From a virus, in IMG/VR virus record IMGVR_UViG_3300034069_000710, positions 1-50,496 of that record: a stretch of 50,496 nt of DNA. The stretch is one strand, 5' to 3'. The notes beneath the pieces were generated by a model, which was given only the letters and a program-made list of their open reading frames with translations, made no database searches and had not been told where the DNA came from. The position numbers and the translations under genes are program-made. Of the stretch, positions 24,646-32,561 are shown one piece after another (position 1 is the stretch's first letter; each line of letters begins with the position of its first letter).

Positions 24646-24843
24646 ATGGCAAAAATCCGTATCATTTTTGAGGGCGAGCAGGGCTCGGGGAAAACCACGC
24701 TTATGCGGGCTATCGCGCGCCGCCTGGGCCCCGACGTGGTGACGGTCGACCCTCGCAGGGTGGGTAGCGACCTGCACGCGCTTGAAATCGACCCAAGCCC
24801 CGTATTCCTTGCCGCTCTCCGAGCCGAAAACGGCCAAGCGTAG
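24646..24843 (+). CDS. Miniature P-loop protein (65 aa) with Walker A GEQGSGKTT
   Basis: ATG preceded by GGAG. The Walker A motif is read directly. No Walker B is evident in so short an ORF. Confidence 0.5.
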   Translation: MAKIRIIFEGEQGSGKTTLMRAIARRLGPDVVTVDPRRVGSDLHALEIDPSPVFLAALRAENGQA

Positions 24844-25076
24844 TGGACGCCGCCACCGTCGCCCGCATGCTGTCCCGCGGGCAGCGCCAGGCCCTCGCCG
24901 CGCTCGATTCGACCCCGGCCGTGCTCGGCTGCAGCGAACCGGTTGCGGTCGGGCTCGCCAAGGCCAAAGCGAAGCGCCCCGCGCTTGTTGTGCGCCTGCC
25001 GGGCAAGCCCTATGCTCAATTCCACCTCAACGCCGACGGCCTCGCCGTGCAGGCGGCCCTAAAGGATATCCGCTAA
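24843..25076 (+). CDS. Hypothetical protein (77 aa)
   Basis: GTG overlapping the preceding TAG by one nt. Confidence 0.45.
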   Translation: MDAATVARMLSRGQRQALAALDSTPAVLGCSEPVAVGLAKAKAKRPALVVRLPGKPYAQFHLNADGLAVQAALKDIR

Positions 25077-25342
25077 TGGTTACGCACGCACGCACCCCCG
25101 ATATGGCGCACCAGGCGCTCGTTACCGAGGTGCACTCAGTTGTCGACCGGCATGCCGGAATGCCCGTGCTCGAGCGCGTCGCCATGCTGGCGCAGGTCAT
25201 CGGCCACCTTATCGCCGAGGTCCCCGACCGCGCGTACGGCGCCGGCGAGATCATGCAGGCCGTCGCGCTTAACATCGCCTCGGGAAATCAGCAGACGGCG
25301 CGCAGCATCGCCGCGGCTATCGAGGGGGCGAAGGGCAACTAA
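25076..25342 (+). CDS. Hypothetical protein (88 aa)
   Basis: TAATG coupling at 25076 within track ORF 24782..25342. Confidence 0.5.
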   Translation: MVTHARTPDMAHQALVTEVHSVVDRHAGMPVLERVAMLAQVIGHLIAEVPDRAYGAGEIMQAVALNIASGNQQTARSIAAAIEGAKGN

Positions 25343-25542
25343 TGACCGGCTACACACGCGAGCAGCAGGAAAGGCTCGACGAGTTGGCCGCTCGAAAGCG
25401 GGAGATTGACTTGCGGGCGGATATCCTCGCTACCGCCGTCAAGCAACGGATGCGGGAAACGGGCGAACCGGTGCGCGAGGATTACCCGAGCCGCGGTGCC
25501 TATCGAGCGGCCCATTCGCTATGGCGGAAGCGGCACCCGTGA
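25342..25542 (+). CDS. Hypothetical protein (66 aa, coiled-coil-like)
   Basis: TAATG coupling at 25342. Confidence 0.5.
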   Translation: MTGYTREQQERLDELAARKREIDLRADILATAVKQRMRETGEPVREDYPSRGAYRAAHSLWRKRHP

Positions 25543-25547
25543 TTTCC

Positions 25548-25832
25548 ATGACCGTCCCGCAATATCGCCGTCGGGAAGTGACGATAAATGGCCATTGCGT
25601 CACGATGGCGGGCAAGCGCCACGAGCTACTTGCGGCATTGCTCGTCAATCGCGGCCAATGGCTTACCTACGACCAAATTATAGAAATCATGTGGCCCGAC
25701 CCGGATAATCAGCCGCTAACGGCGCTCGGTTGCATCGATCAGGCGTTATTGCGTCTGCGTCGGGTGCTCGGGGTGGACGCTATCGAATGCCGGTGGGGCC
25801 TCGGGCTAAGGATGCCAATATGCGACAAGTAA
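25548..25832 (+). CDS. Stand-alone OmpR/PhoB-type winged-helix DNA-binding protein (no receiver domain)
   Basis: VTINGHCVTMAGKRHELLAALLVNRGQWLTYDQIIEIMWPD...IDQALLRLRRVLG...IECRWGLGLRM follows the Trans_reg_C pattern. Confidence 0.6.
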   Translation: MTVPQYRRREVTINGHCVTMAGKRHELLAALLVNRGQWLTYDQIIEIMWPDPDNQPLTALGCIDQALLRLRRVLGVDAIECRWGLGLRMPICDK

Positions 25833-26275
25833 CGGTGCTCGATCACGCGACGGTCACGCTTACCGACGAGGGGTGCTATACCACGTTCGGCGACGGCACG
25901 ACTTGGGGCGCGCTGCCGCACGATACGCCGCATTATGACGAAATAGCGGAGCGTTGCGGGTATCTGGATTGGGAGACCCGGGCGACTTGGCCCGCCGACC
26001 CGACCCGCGCGCAACGAGAGGCCGCCCGCATGGCCTATTGCCGTGAGCACGAGGTTTTCCATCACGTCGTCGGCGCCGTATTCTACCGGGCTCAATCATC
26101 CCCCGTGCTATGGGCGCTGGCGCACGGGCTCGAGGTCGACGAGATGGCGGCGGCGGTCGAGGAGGCTATGGTTATGACTGTGCAGCGATGGGTGCGGGCC
26201 GGCGAGCGCCCCATCATTGGCGGGGTCGATTGGGACGACCTGCGCGCGCGGTGCCTGGCGCTGCTCGACGAATGA
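25820..26275 (+). CDS. Hypothetical protein (151 aa)
   Basis: ATG 25820 preceded by AAGGA. Confidence 0.55.
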   Translation: MRQVTVLDHATVTLTDEGCYTTFGDGTTWGALPHDTPHYDEIAERCGYLDWETRATWPADPTRAQREAARMAYCREHEVFHHVVGAVFYRAQSSPVLWALAHGLEVDEMAAAVEEAMVMTVQRWVRAGERPIIGGVDWDDLRARCLALLDE

Positions 26276-26484
26276 CCGACCCATGCGACGCAATGCCCGT
26301 GCACGTGGCGCGCAAATGGGCTGGCCTGCAGGCGTGCGGCTGCCCTGCGGTACCGGCTGTCTGCTCGTGCCCCCCGTCGAGCGGCGGGATATCGTCAACG
26401 ATGGGTGCGGAGGCGCGCTATAGCTTCGAAACGCCGCACCCCCTTTGCGGAATGCAGGTCCCGCGACGGCCCGGTGCGGAATGA
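26272..26484 (+). CDS. Possible Cys-rich small protein (70 aa)
   Basis: ATGA coupling. A competing open frame (26283..26423) makes the call uncertain. Confidence 0.3.
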   Translation: MTDPCDAMPVHVARKWAGLQACGCPAVPAVCSCPPSSGGISSTMGAEARYSFETPHPLCGMQVPRRPGAE

Positions 26485-26578
26485 GAACGCCCCGTAAATG
26501 GTGGTCGGTCGCCCTGCTCAACAAGCGGCGCTCGTGGGGCCTATGGTTTCGCGACCGGGTGGCGAGTAAGCACGGACT

Positions 26579-26995
26579 ATGACCGCGTGCATTACCCTTT
26601 GGCAGCCGTATGCCTCGCTGATTTTCAGCGGGCACAAGGTGTTCGAGACGCGCGGCTTCCGCTATCCGTCGAAATTAGGGGGGCAGCGGCTCGCCATTCA
26701 CGCGGCCAAGCGACCGCTGGCGCAATGCGGCGTATCGACCGGGCTCGACCAACTTTGCCGAGAGGTGTTCGGGCCTGATTACGCGGCTACCTTGCCGCGG
26801 GGTGCGCTGCTCGGGTCCGGTCTATTGGCCGGGTGCTTCTCGACCGATGATTTGCGGCCATTCATTAATCGCGAGGATGATTTGACCGGAGATTTCCGGC
26901 CCGGCCGGTTTGCGTGGCTGCTAGAGGATATCCAAGCACTCGCCGAGCCGCGACCGATGAATGGCAAGCAAGGATGGTCGACCGTTGACCTTTGA
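26579..26995 (+). CDS. ASCH (PUA-like) domain protein
   Basis: CITLWQPYASLIFSGHKVFETRGF...RLAIHAAK fits the ASCH N-terminal pattern. Confidence 0.6.
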   Translation: MTACITLWQPYASLIFSGHKVFETRGFRYPSKLGGQRLAIHAAKRPLAQCGVSTGLDQLCREVFGPDYAATLPRGALLGSGLLAGCFSTDDLRPFINREDDLTGDFRPGRFAWLLEDIQALAEPRPMNGKQGWSTVDL

Positions 26996-28640
26996 TTTCC
27001 GCAATCCTGACTACCGCGAGGTTTTCGCGCAGCGAGCCGAGCGCCTGCAATGGCTGCGTGACGATCCGACCGGGCAACGCCTCACCAATGTGCGGGCGTT
27101 CTATGCGACCGACGAGGGCATTGCGCATTTTATCAACGACTGGGGGATGACGTTCGACCCGCGCAACGCCGACGTGGGCCTGCCGACGGTCATCCCGCTT
27201 ATTCTGTTCCCCAAGCAATGGGAGTTCATCGCGTGGAGCCTCGACCTATGGCGCCGGCGTGAACCTGGCGCAGCCGAGAAGTCGCGCGATTTTGGCCTAT
27301 CGTGGCTGGCGGTCGCCATGTCGGCGTCGCTTTGCTTGTTCCGCGAAGGGCTACAAATCGGGTTCGGGTCGCGCAAAGAGGAATACGTAGACTCGACCAA
27401 AAGCCCGAAAGCGTTGTTCTGGAAAGGCCGACAATTCCTGCAGTTGCTGCCGCCCGAATTCCGCAACGGGTGGACGCTGAAAGACGCCGCGCATATGCGG
27501 ATCGACTTTCCGGCGACGGGCTCGGTTATGACCGGCGAGGCGGGTGACAACATCGGCCGCGGCGACCGCGCTAGTATCTATTGGACAGACGAGGATGCGC
27601 ACCTAGAACGACCGCAGCTTATCGAGGCGTCGCTATCGCAGACGACGAATTGCCGCATCCGCATTTCGACCCCCAAGGGCCGCGCCAATCCTTTCGCGAT
27701 CAAGCGCCACGACCCGGAATGGATCGCGCGCGGGCGGATATTCACGGCGCATTGGCGTGACGACCCGCGCAAGGATGACGAATGGTACGAGCGGCAGCAG
27801 CGCGACCTCGATTCGATCACGCTCGCGCAGGAGGTCGACCTATCGTACGACGCCTCGGCCGTTGGCATCGTTATTCCGCAGGCTTGGGTGCAATCGTGTA
27901 TCGACCTGCATAAAAAGCTTGGGTTCGAGGTCCGCGGCGCGCGCGTGGGCGCTTATGATCCAGCCGACGAGGGCGACGCGTGCGCCTTTGCGGACGCCAC
28001 GGGCATCCTCGTAAATTCCGTCACCTCGTGGTCGGGAAAGGGGTCTGACACGCTCGCGAGCACGCAAAAAGTATTCGCCCTTTGCGACGTGCTCGGTATC
28101 GACGAATTCGACTACGATTCCGACGGGCTCGGCGCGGGCGTGCGCGGAGATGCGCGCAGCATCAACGAGGGCCGCAAGCGCAAGATTGAGGCGCGCGCCT
28201 ATCGCGGGTCGGGGGCCGTTGCCAATCCCGACAAGCCGATACCGGACGCCGCACCGCGTAACGAGAAGAAACTGCCGGGCGAAATCGTGCGGTTGAATGC
28301 CGATTATTTCGAGAATGCCAAGGCGCAGGCCTGGTTCGAGGCGCGCGCCCGTTTCCAGCGCGGGCACCGGGCGTTGCAAATGCACCTGCGTGGCGAGGAA
28401 TGGCGCGACGCCTATCCGCCCGACGACCTGATTTCGCTGAATAGTGCCATGCCTGAGCTAGGCGCGCTGTGCCCGCAGCTATCGCAGGCGACGTTCACGC
28501 AATCCAAGTCGGGCAAAATGATGATCGACAAGACGCCCGACGGCGGCCAATCGCCGAACCACGCGGATAGCGTTGTCATCCGCTACGCTCCCGCGCGCAA
28601 AAAGGGCCGGGCGTACAAATGGGACGCTTGGAAAAGCTAG
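26961..28640 (+). CDS. terL: Terminase large subunit
   Basis: FPKQWEFI, AEKSRDFGLSW (ATPase loop region) and IYWTDEDAH (Walker B-like). 559 aa, directly upstream of the portal region. Confidence 0.85.
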   Translation: MASKDGRPLTFDFRNPDYREVFAQRAERLQWLRDDPTGQRLTNVRAFYATDEGIAHFINDWGMTFDPRNADVGLPTVIPLILFPKQWEFIAWSLDLWRRREPGAAEKSRDFGLSWLAVAMSASLCLFREGLQIGFGSRKEEYVDSTKSPKALFWKGRQFLQLLPPEFRNGWTLKDAAHMRIDFPATGSVMTGEAGDNIGRGDRASIYWTDEDAHLERPQLIEASLSQTTNCRIRISTPKGRANPFAIKRHDPEWIARGRIFTAHWRDDPRKDDEWYERQQRDLDSITLAQEVDLSYDASAVGIVIPQAWVQSCIDLHKKLGFEVRGARVGAYDPADEGDACAFADATGILVNSVTSWSGKGSDTLASTQKVFALCDVLGIDEFDYDSDGLGAGVRGDARSINEGRKRKIEARAYRGSGAVANPDKPIPDAAPRNEKKLPGEIVRLNADYFENAKAQAWFEARARFQRGHRALQMHLRGEEWRDAYPPDDLISLNSAMPELGALCPQLSQATFTQSKSGKMMIDKTPDGGQSPNHADSVVIRYAPARKKGRAYKWDAWKS

Positions 28641-28921
28641 GGGCAAATACGCGGGTTAGGTCGCATGTCGGGCTGTTCCGTAGCCCCTAGCTATGCGGCC
28701 CCGGTATCCGCGGTTTCCCGCTTCGCTCCATTGGCTTTCGCTTCCCCGTCGCATCCCTATGCCCCGGTCATGCGATAGACGAGGGGGCCTCTCGGGCAGG
28801 TAGCCGCAATTTATATCCTACTAAGGCGGCTGTTTCTGCCAAAGCCTACTCGGCCGCCCGTTCGGAGGCCTCGGCATATTGCCGATTGCCCCGCGCCGCA
28901 ACCCCGTGATAGCCCGGGGCT

Positions 28922-29089
28922 ATGAAAAATTATGAGAAGCCCGAGCCCAATCTACGAAGCATTCGGGGATCGATGGCGCGCATATTTTTCCCGTTGCAGG
29001 TGGTGGCCGTCGCGGCGTTCATCGTCGCGACCGGGCTTGTCGCTATTTGGTGGAGGTCGCGCCGCTTGCCGAAACCGCGGCACCCGTGA
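28922..29089 (+). CDS. Possible small single-TM protein (55 aa; alternative start ATG 28973 gives 38 aa)
   Basis: Not in the track. Open frame containing IFFPLQVVAVAAFIVATGLVAIWW followed by RSRRLPKPRHP. Weak RBS. Confidence 0.35.
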   Translation: MKNYEKPEPNLRSIRGSMARIFFPLQVVAVAAFIVATGLVAIWWRSRRLPKPRHP

Positions 29090-29101
29090 TAACCCCCGCG
29101 T

Positions 29102-31066
29102 ATGAGACTGCAACATATCAAGGATGGCTTGGCCAACCTCTATAGTCGCCTCGGCACCGGGGCCGACCGCAACACGCAGTCGATTTATTCGGTCCCGATG
29201 ATCCCGCAGCAGCAAATTGAGGCGGCTTATCGTTCGTCGTGGCTGGCTCGCAAGGTTCACGACCTGCCCCCGTTTGAGATGACGCGCGAGGGGCGCCGGT
29301 GGGGCGCTACCAAGGAACAAATCGAAGCGCTCGAGGCGTACGAGACCCGCGTGGGTCTATGGCCGAAGTTGTGCGAGGCGATCACGGTGGCCCGGCTGCA
29401 TGGCGGCGGCGCCATAATCGCGGGCGTGCGCGCCGGTGGCTCGGCAGACCCGACAAAGCCGCTGGACGTCACCCGCGTCGGCAAGGACGGCCTGCGCTAC
29501 TTATTCGTCGTGAGCAAAAGCCAACTCTCCGCGCCTAACGGCATGGAACAGGACCCGGAAAGCGATTTTTACCGCCAGCCGGCAATGTATCAAATCGAGG
29601 GCCGGGGCGGCGGCAATATTCAAATTCACCCGTCGCGCGTGTTCCCGTTCAAGGGCAAGCCGCTGCCGCCCGGCATGCTCACAATGTCGGCGTGGGATCA
29701 ATTTTGGGGAGATCCGCTCCTAGTCTCGATCAAGTCGGCAATTGATAACGCTGAGACGTCGCAGGCAGCGGTCGCGACTATCCTGCACGAAATGAAGCAG
29801 GATGTTATCACGATCCCCGGACTTACCGAGCAGATTGGAACCGAGGAAAGCGAGAACCTTATTGCCGCCCGCGTCGAGGCGGTGGCGCGCTTTAAGTCGA
29901 TGTTCAACGCGTTGCTGCTCGATGGCGGCGACGATGAAGGCAACGGCAAAGAGGAATGGGAGACGCGGCAGCTATCGTTCGCGCAACATCCCGAATTGCT
30001 GCGCGCATTCCTCGGCGTGGTCGCCGGCGCCGCCGATATTCCCGTGACCCGGCTTATGGGCGAAAGCCCGGGGGGCATGAATTCGACCGGCAAGGGCGAA
30101 CAGGACGATTTCGACCGGATGATTGGCGCGCAGCAGGGGTTCGAAATCCGTCCCAACCTGCAACGCCTCGACGAAATTCTAATTCGCGCAGCGCTCGGCA
30201 CCCGGCCGCCCGAAATTGTTTGGAAGTTTTCGGCGCTGCGTCCGGTCGACGAGTCCCAAGCCGCCGAGATCGAAAACAAGGAGGCCGATAGCGTCACCAA
30301 AATCGCCTCGTCGGCGCTCGTACCCTCGGTCGCGCTCGCAAAGGCCGTGCAAAACCGCATGGTCGAAAGCGGTCGGTGGCCGGGGCTCGACAAGGCGCTC
30401 GAGGAAGCCGAGGCCGCGGGTAAGCTGCCCCCCAAGGTGGCGGGAGAGGAAGACAACGGCGCCGAGCCCAAGCCCGAGCCGGTACTGCCCGCCGCGAACG
30501 ACAACACGCTGCAGCAAAAGGCCGAGGCGCTGCAAAAGCGGGGCACCGTCACGCGGGACCAGGCAATTGCGCTTATTGCCGACGCTGCGCCGCGCCCCCT
30601 CTACGTGCGGCGTAATCTCACCAACGGCGCCGAGTTCATCGCGTGGGCCAAGGCGCAGGGATTCGAAACCACGCTGCCGGCCGATGACCTGCACGTGACT
30701 ATCGCCTATAGCCGCCAGCCGGTCGACTGGATCAAGGCGGGGTCGGATTCTTGGGGCGGCGACGACGACGGCAATCTGCGCATCGTGCCTGGCGGCGCGC
30801 GACTCGTAGAACCGCTCGGCGACAAGGGGGCTATCGTGCTCCTGTTCGCCTCGTCGCGCCTCACGTGGCGGCACGAGGATATCAAGCGCGAGGCGGGCGC
30901 ATCGAACGATTACGACGAATATCAACCGCACGTCACCATCACGTACAAAAAGCCGGAAGGGCTCGACCTGCGCAACGTGGAGCCGTACCGCGGCGCGCTC
31001 GAATTCGGGCCGGAGATTTTCGAGGAGATTACGGATAATTGGTCGGGTGATGTAACGGAGGAATGA
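29102..31066 (+). CDS. Portal protein (DUF1073-type) fused to a C-terminal 2H-phosphoesterase domain
   Basis: N-terminal DGLANLYSRLGTGADRN...YRSSWLARKVHDLPPFEMTREG fits DUF1073 portals. The last 157 aa carry LHVTIAY and PHVTITY (two HxTx motifs). Confidence 0.85.
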   Translation: MRLQHIKDGLANLYSRLGTGADRNTQSIYSVPMIPQQQIEAAYRSSWLARKVHDLPPFEMTREGRRWGATKEQIEALEAYETRVGLWPKLCEAITVARLHGGGAIIAGVRAGGSADPTKPLDVTRVGKDGLRYLFVVSKSQLSAPNGMEQDPESDFYRQPAMYQIEGRGGGNIQIHPSRVFPFKGKPLPPGMLTMSAWDQFWGDPLLVSIKSAIDNAETSQAAVATILHEMKQDVITIPGLTEQIGTEESENLIAARVEAVARFKSMFNALLLDGGDDEGNGKEEWETRQLSFAQHPELLRAFLGVVAGAADIPVTRLMGESPGGMNSTGKGEQDDFDRMIGAQQGFEIRPNLQRLDEILIRAALGTRPPEIVWKFSALRPVDESQAAEIENKEADSVTKIASSALVPSVALAKAVQNRMVESGRWPGLDKALEEAEAAGKLPPKVAGEEDNGAEPKPEPVLPAANDNTLQQKAEALQKRGTVTRDQAIALIADAAPRPLYVRRNLTNGAEFIAWAKAQGFETTLPADDLHVTIAYSRQPVDWIKAGSDSWGGDDDGNLRIVPGGARLVEPLGDKGAIVLLFASSRLTWRHEDIKREAGASNDYDEYQPHVTITYKKPEGLDLRNVEPYRGALEFGPEIFEEITDNWSGDVTEE

Positions 31067-31668
31067 CGGTGGCCGCCACGCAGATTGTCTACGATCAACT
31101 CGGCCGCCCGTACGAAGCGCTGCCGGTCGACGCCCCCACGCAAGCGCAACTTGACGCCGTGGCGCAGGCTATCCCCAGGGCGGCCACCACCGTTCCCAAA
31201 ACGGAAATGCCGGGAGGTAAAGCTGGCGATGATACGCAGCGATTTGCAACCGCGGACCACGCGCACCCCCGCGTGACGAGCACCACGGTAGGCACCGTGC
31301 AGTCGGGCAATACGGCCGTGGTCGAGTTTACGCGGACGTTCACCGCCGAACCGGGAATCAACTACTCAGAATTGCCGGCGACCGCCGACACGACCGCCGC
31401 CCCGGCGGCCGATACGAGCGCCACCGCGCAGCCGACCACGCACAAGGTCATCGCCTGGACGAAAGGGCCAACTGCCACCCTACCGAACGCGGCCGCTACG
31501 GCGTACACCGGGTGCACGGTGCGGGTCTACAAAGCGCAGACGGTGCCGCAAAATCTTGTCAATCTCCTGCTCGGCGGCGTGTTCAACCTGTTCGGGGCGA
31601 GCGTCGTCGGCACGCGCTTCTCGATCATTGCTGTTGCGCGCAGCGACGTGAACGCGACAACCCCGTGA
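31063..31668 (+). CDS. Hypothetical virion-module protein (201 aa)
   Basis: ATGA coupling to the portal stop. Thr/Ala-rich. Confidence 0.6.
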   Translation: MTVAATQIVYDQLGRPYEALPVDAPTQAQLDAVAQAIPRAATTVPKTEMPGGKAGDDTQRFATADHAHPRVTSTTVGTVQSGNTAVVEFTRTFTAEPGINYSELPATADTTAAPAADTSATAQPTTHKVIAWTKGPTATLPNAAATAYTGCTVRVYKAQTVPQNLVNLLLGGVFNLFGASVVGTRFSIIAVARSDVNATTP

Positions 31669-32498
31669 AAATCGACCTAGCCGGGATTCTCAAGGCCGCC
31701 GGAAAAACCCGGCAACGCTATGTCGTGGGCCGCGCAATTGTGCCGACGTCTGCGCAGGAGCAAGCGCTGCGTGTTATCTATATGCGGGTTGTACGCGGGT
31801 GGCTCGACGAGTGGGCCAACCGCATTTTGCCTGCCTATCGTCGTTCACTCGAGGCGCTGCCAGTTATCGGCGATTCGGTCGATAGCACACAAGATACTGT
31901 CGACGAGGCAAACGACGTGCTTACCCGGCTCGTGCTGTCGCTCGGCGCCGACCTCGAGGATTGGGCGGTGCGGGTTGAGCAATGGCACCGCAAGCAATTC
32001 GCCTCGTCGTTTACCGCGGCGGGCGTAAAGCTCGATACGCTGCTAGGCCCGGCCGAGGCAAAGGTGACGCTCGAGGCCACGCTAGCGGAAAATCTCTCGC
32101 TCATTCGTTCGCTTAACGATCAGCAGCGCAACGGGATTTCCGGGGCCGTGTTCCGCGGGCTCAACAATCGCACGCCCGCGCGCGACGTGGCCCGGGAAAT
32201 TCGCAAGGTTGCCGAGGTCGGACAAAGCCGGGCCGAGTTGATCGCGGCCGACCAATTGCAAAAGCTATCCGGTCGGCTCGATCAGGAGCGGCAGCAGCAG
32301 GTCGGCGCCGACGAATTCGATTGGGTGCATAGCGCCAAGCGCTATCCGCGGATTGAACACCTCGAGCGCGACGGCAAGCGCTTTGCATGGAATAGCCCCG
32401 TGGGCCGCGACGATCCCCCAGGCCGTGCAATTCGCTGCGGCTGCCGCGCGCGCCCCGTGATCGACCTCGAAAAGTTGCTTGCGCAGGGTGACGACTAA
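31665..32498 (+). CDS. Head morphogenesis protein (Mu F / SPP1 gp7-like)
   Basis: EHLERDGKRFAWNSP...DPPGRAIRCGCRARP fits the Phage_Mu_F C-terminal motif. GTGA-coupled start at 31665. Confidence 0.7.
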   Translation: MKIDLAGILKAAGKTRQRYVVGRAIVPTSAQEQALRVIYMRVVRGWLDEWANRILPAYRRSLEALPVIGDSVDSTQDTVDEANDVLTRLVLSLGADLEDWAVRVEQWHRKQFASSFTAAGVKLDTLLGPAEAKVTLEATLAENLSLIRSLNDQQRNGISGAVFRGLNNRTPARDVAREIRKVAEVGQSRAELIAADQLQKLSGRLDQERQQQVGADEFDWVHSAKRYPRIEHLERDGKRFAWNSPVGRDDPPGRAIRCGCRARPVIDLEKLLAQGDD

Positions 32499-32500
32499 TC

Positions 32501-32516
32501 TTGACGCCACGGTCAA
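32501..32516 (+). promoter_or_regulatory. TTGACGCCACGGTCAA motif 3 nt after the head-morphogenesis stop, upstream of the scaffold and capsid genes
   Basis: Seen directly. A further GTCAA lies at 32529. Confidence 0.5.
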
Positions 32517-32561
32517 TTCTTTTCGTTTGTCAAGCCCCCAATTTTCGAGTTATTTACGGCC

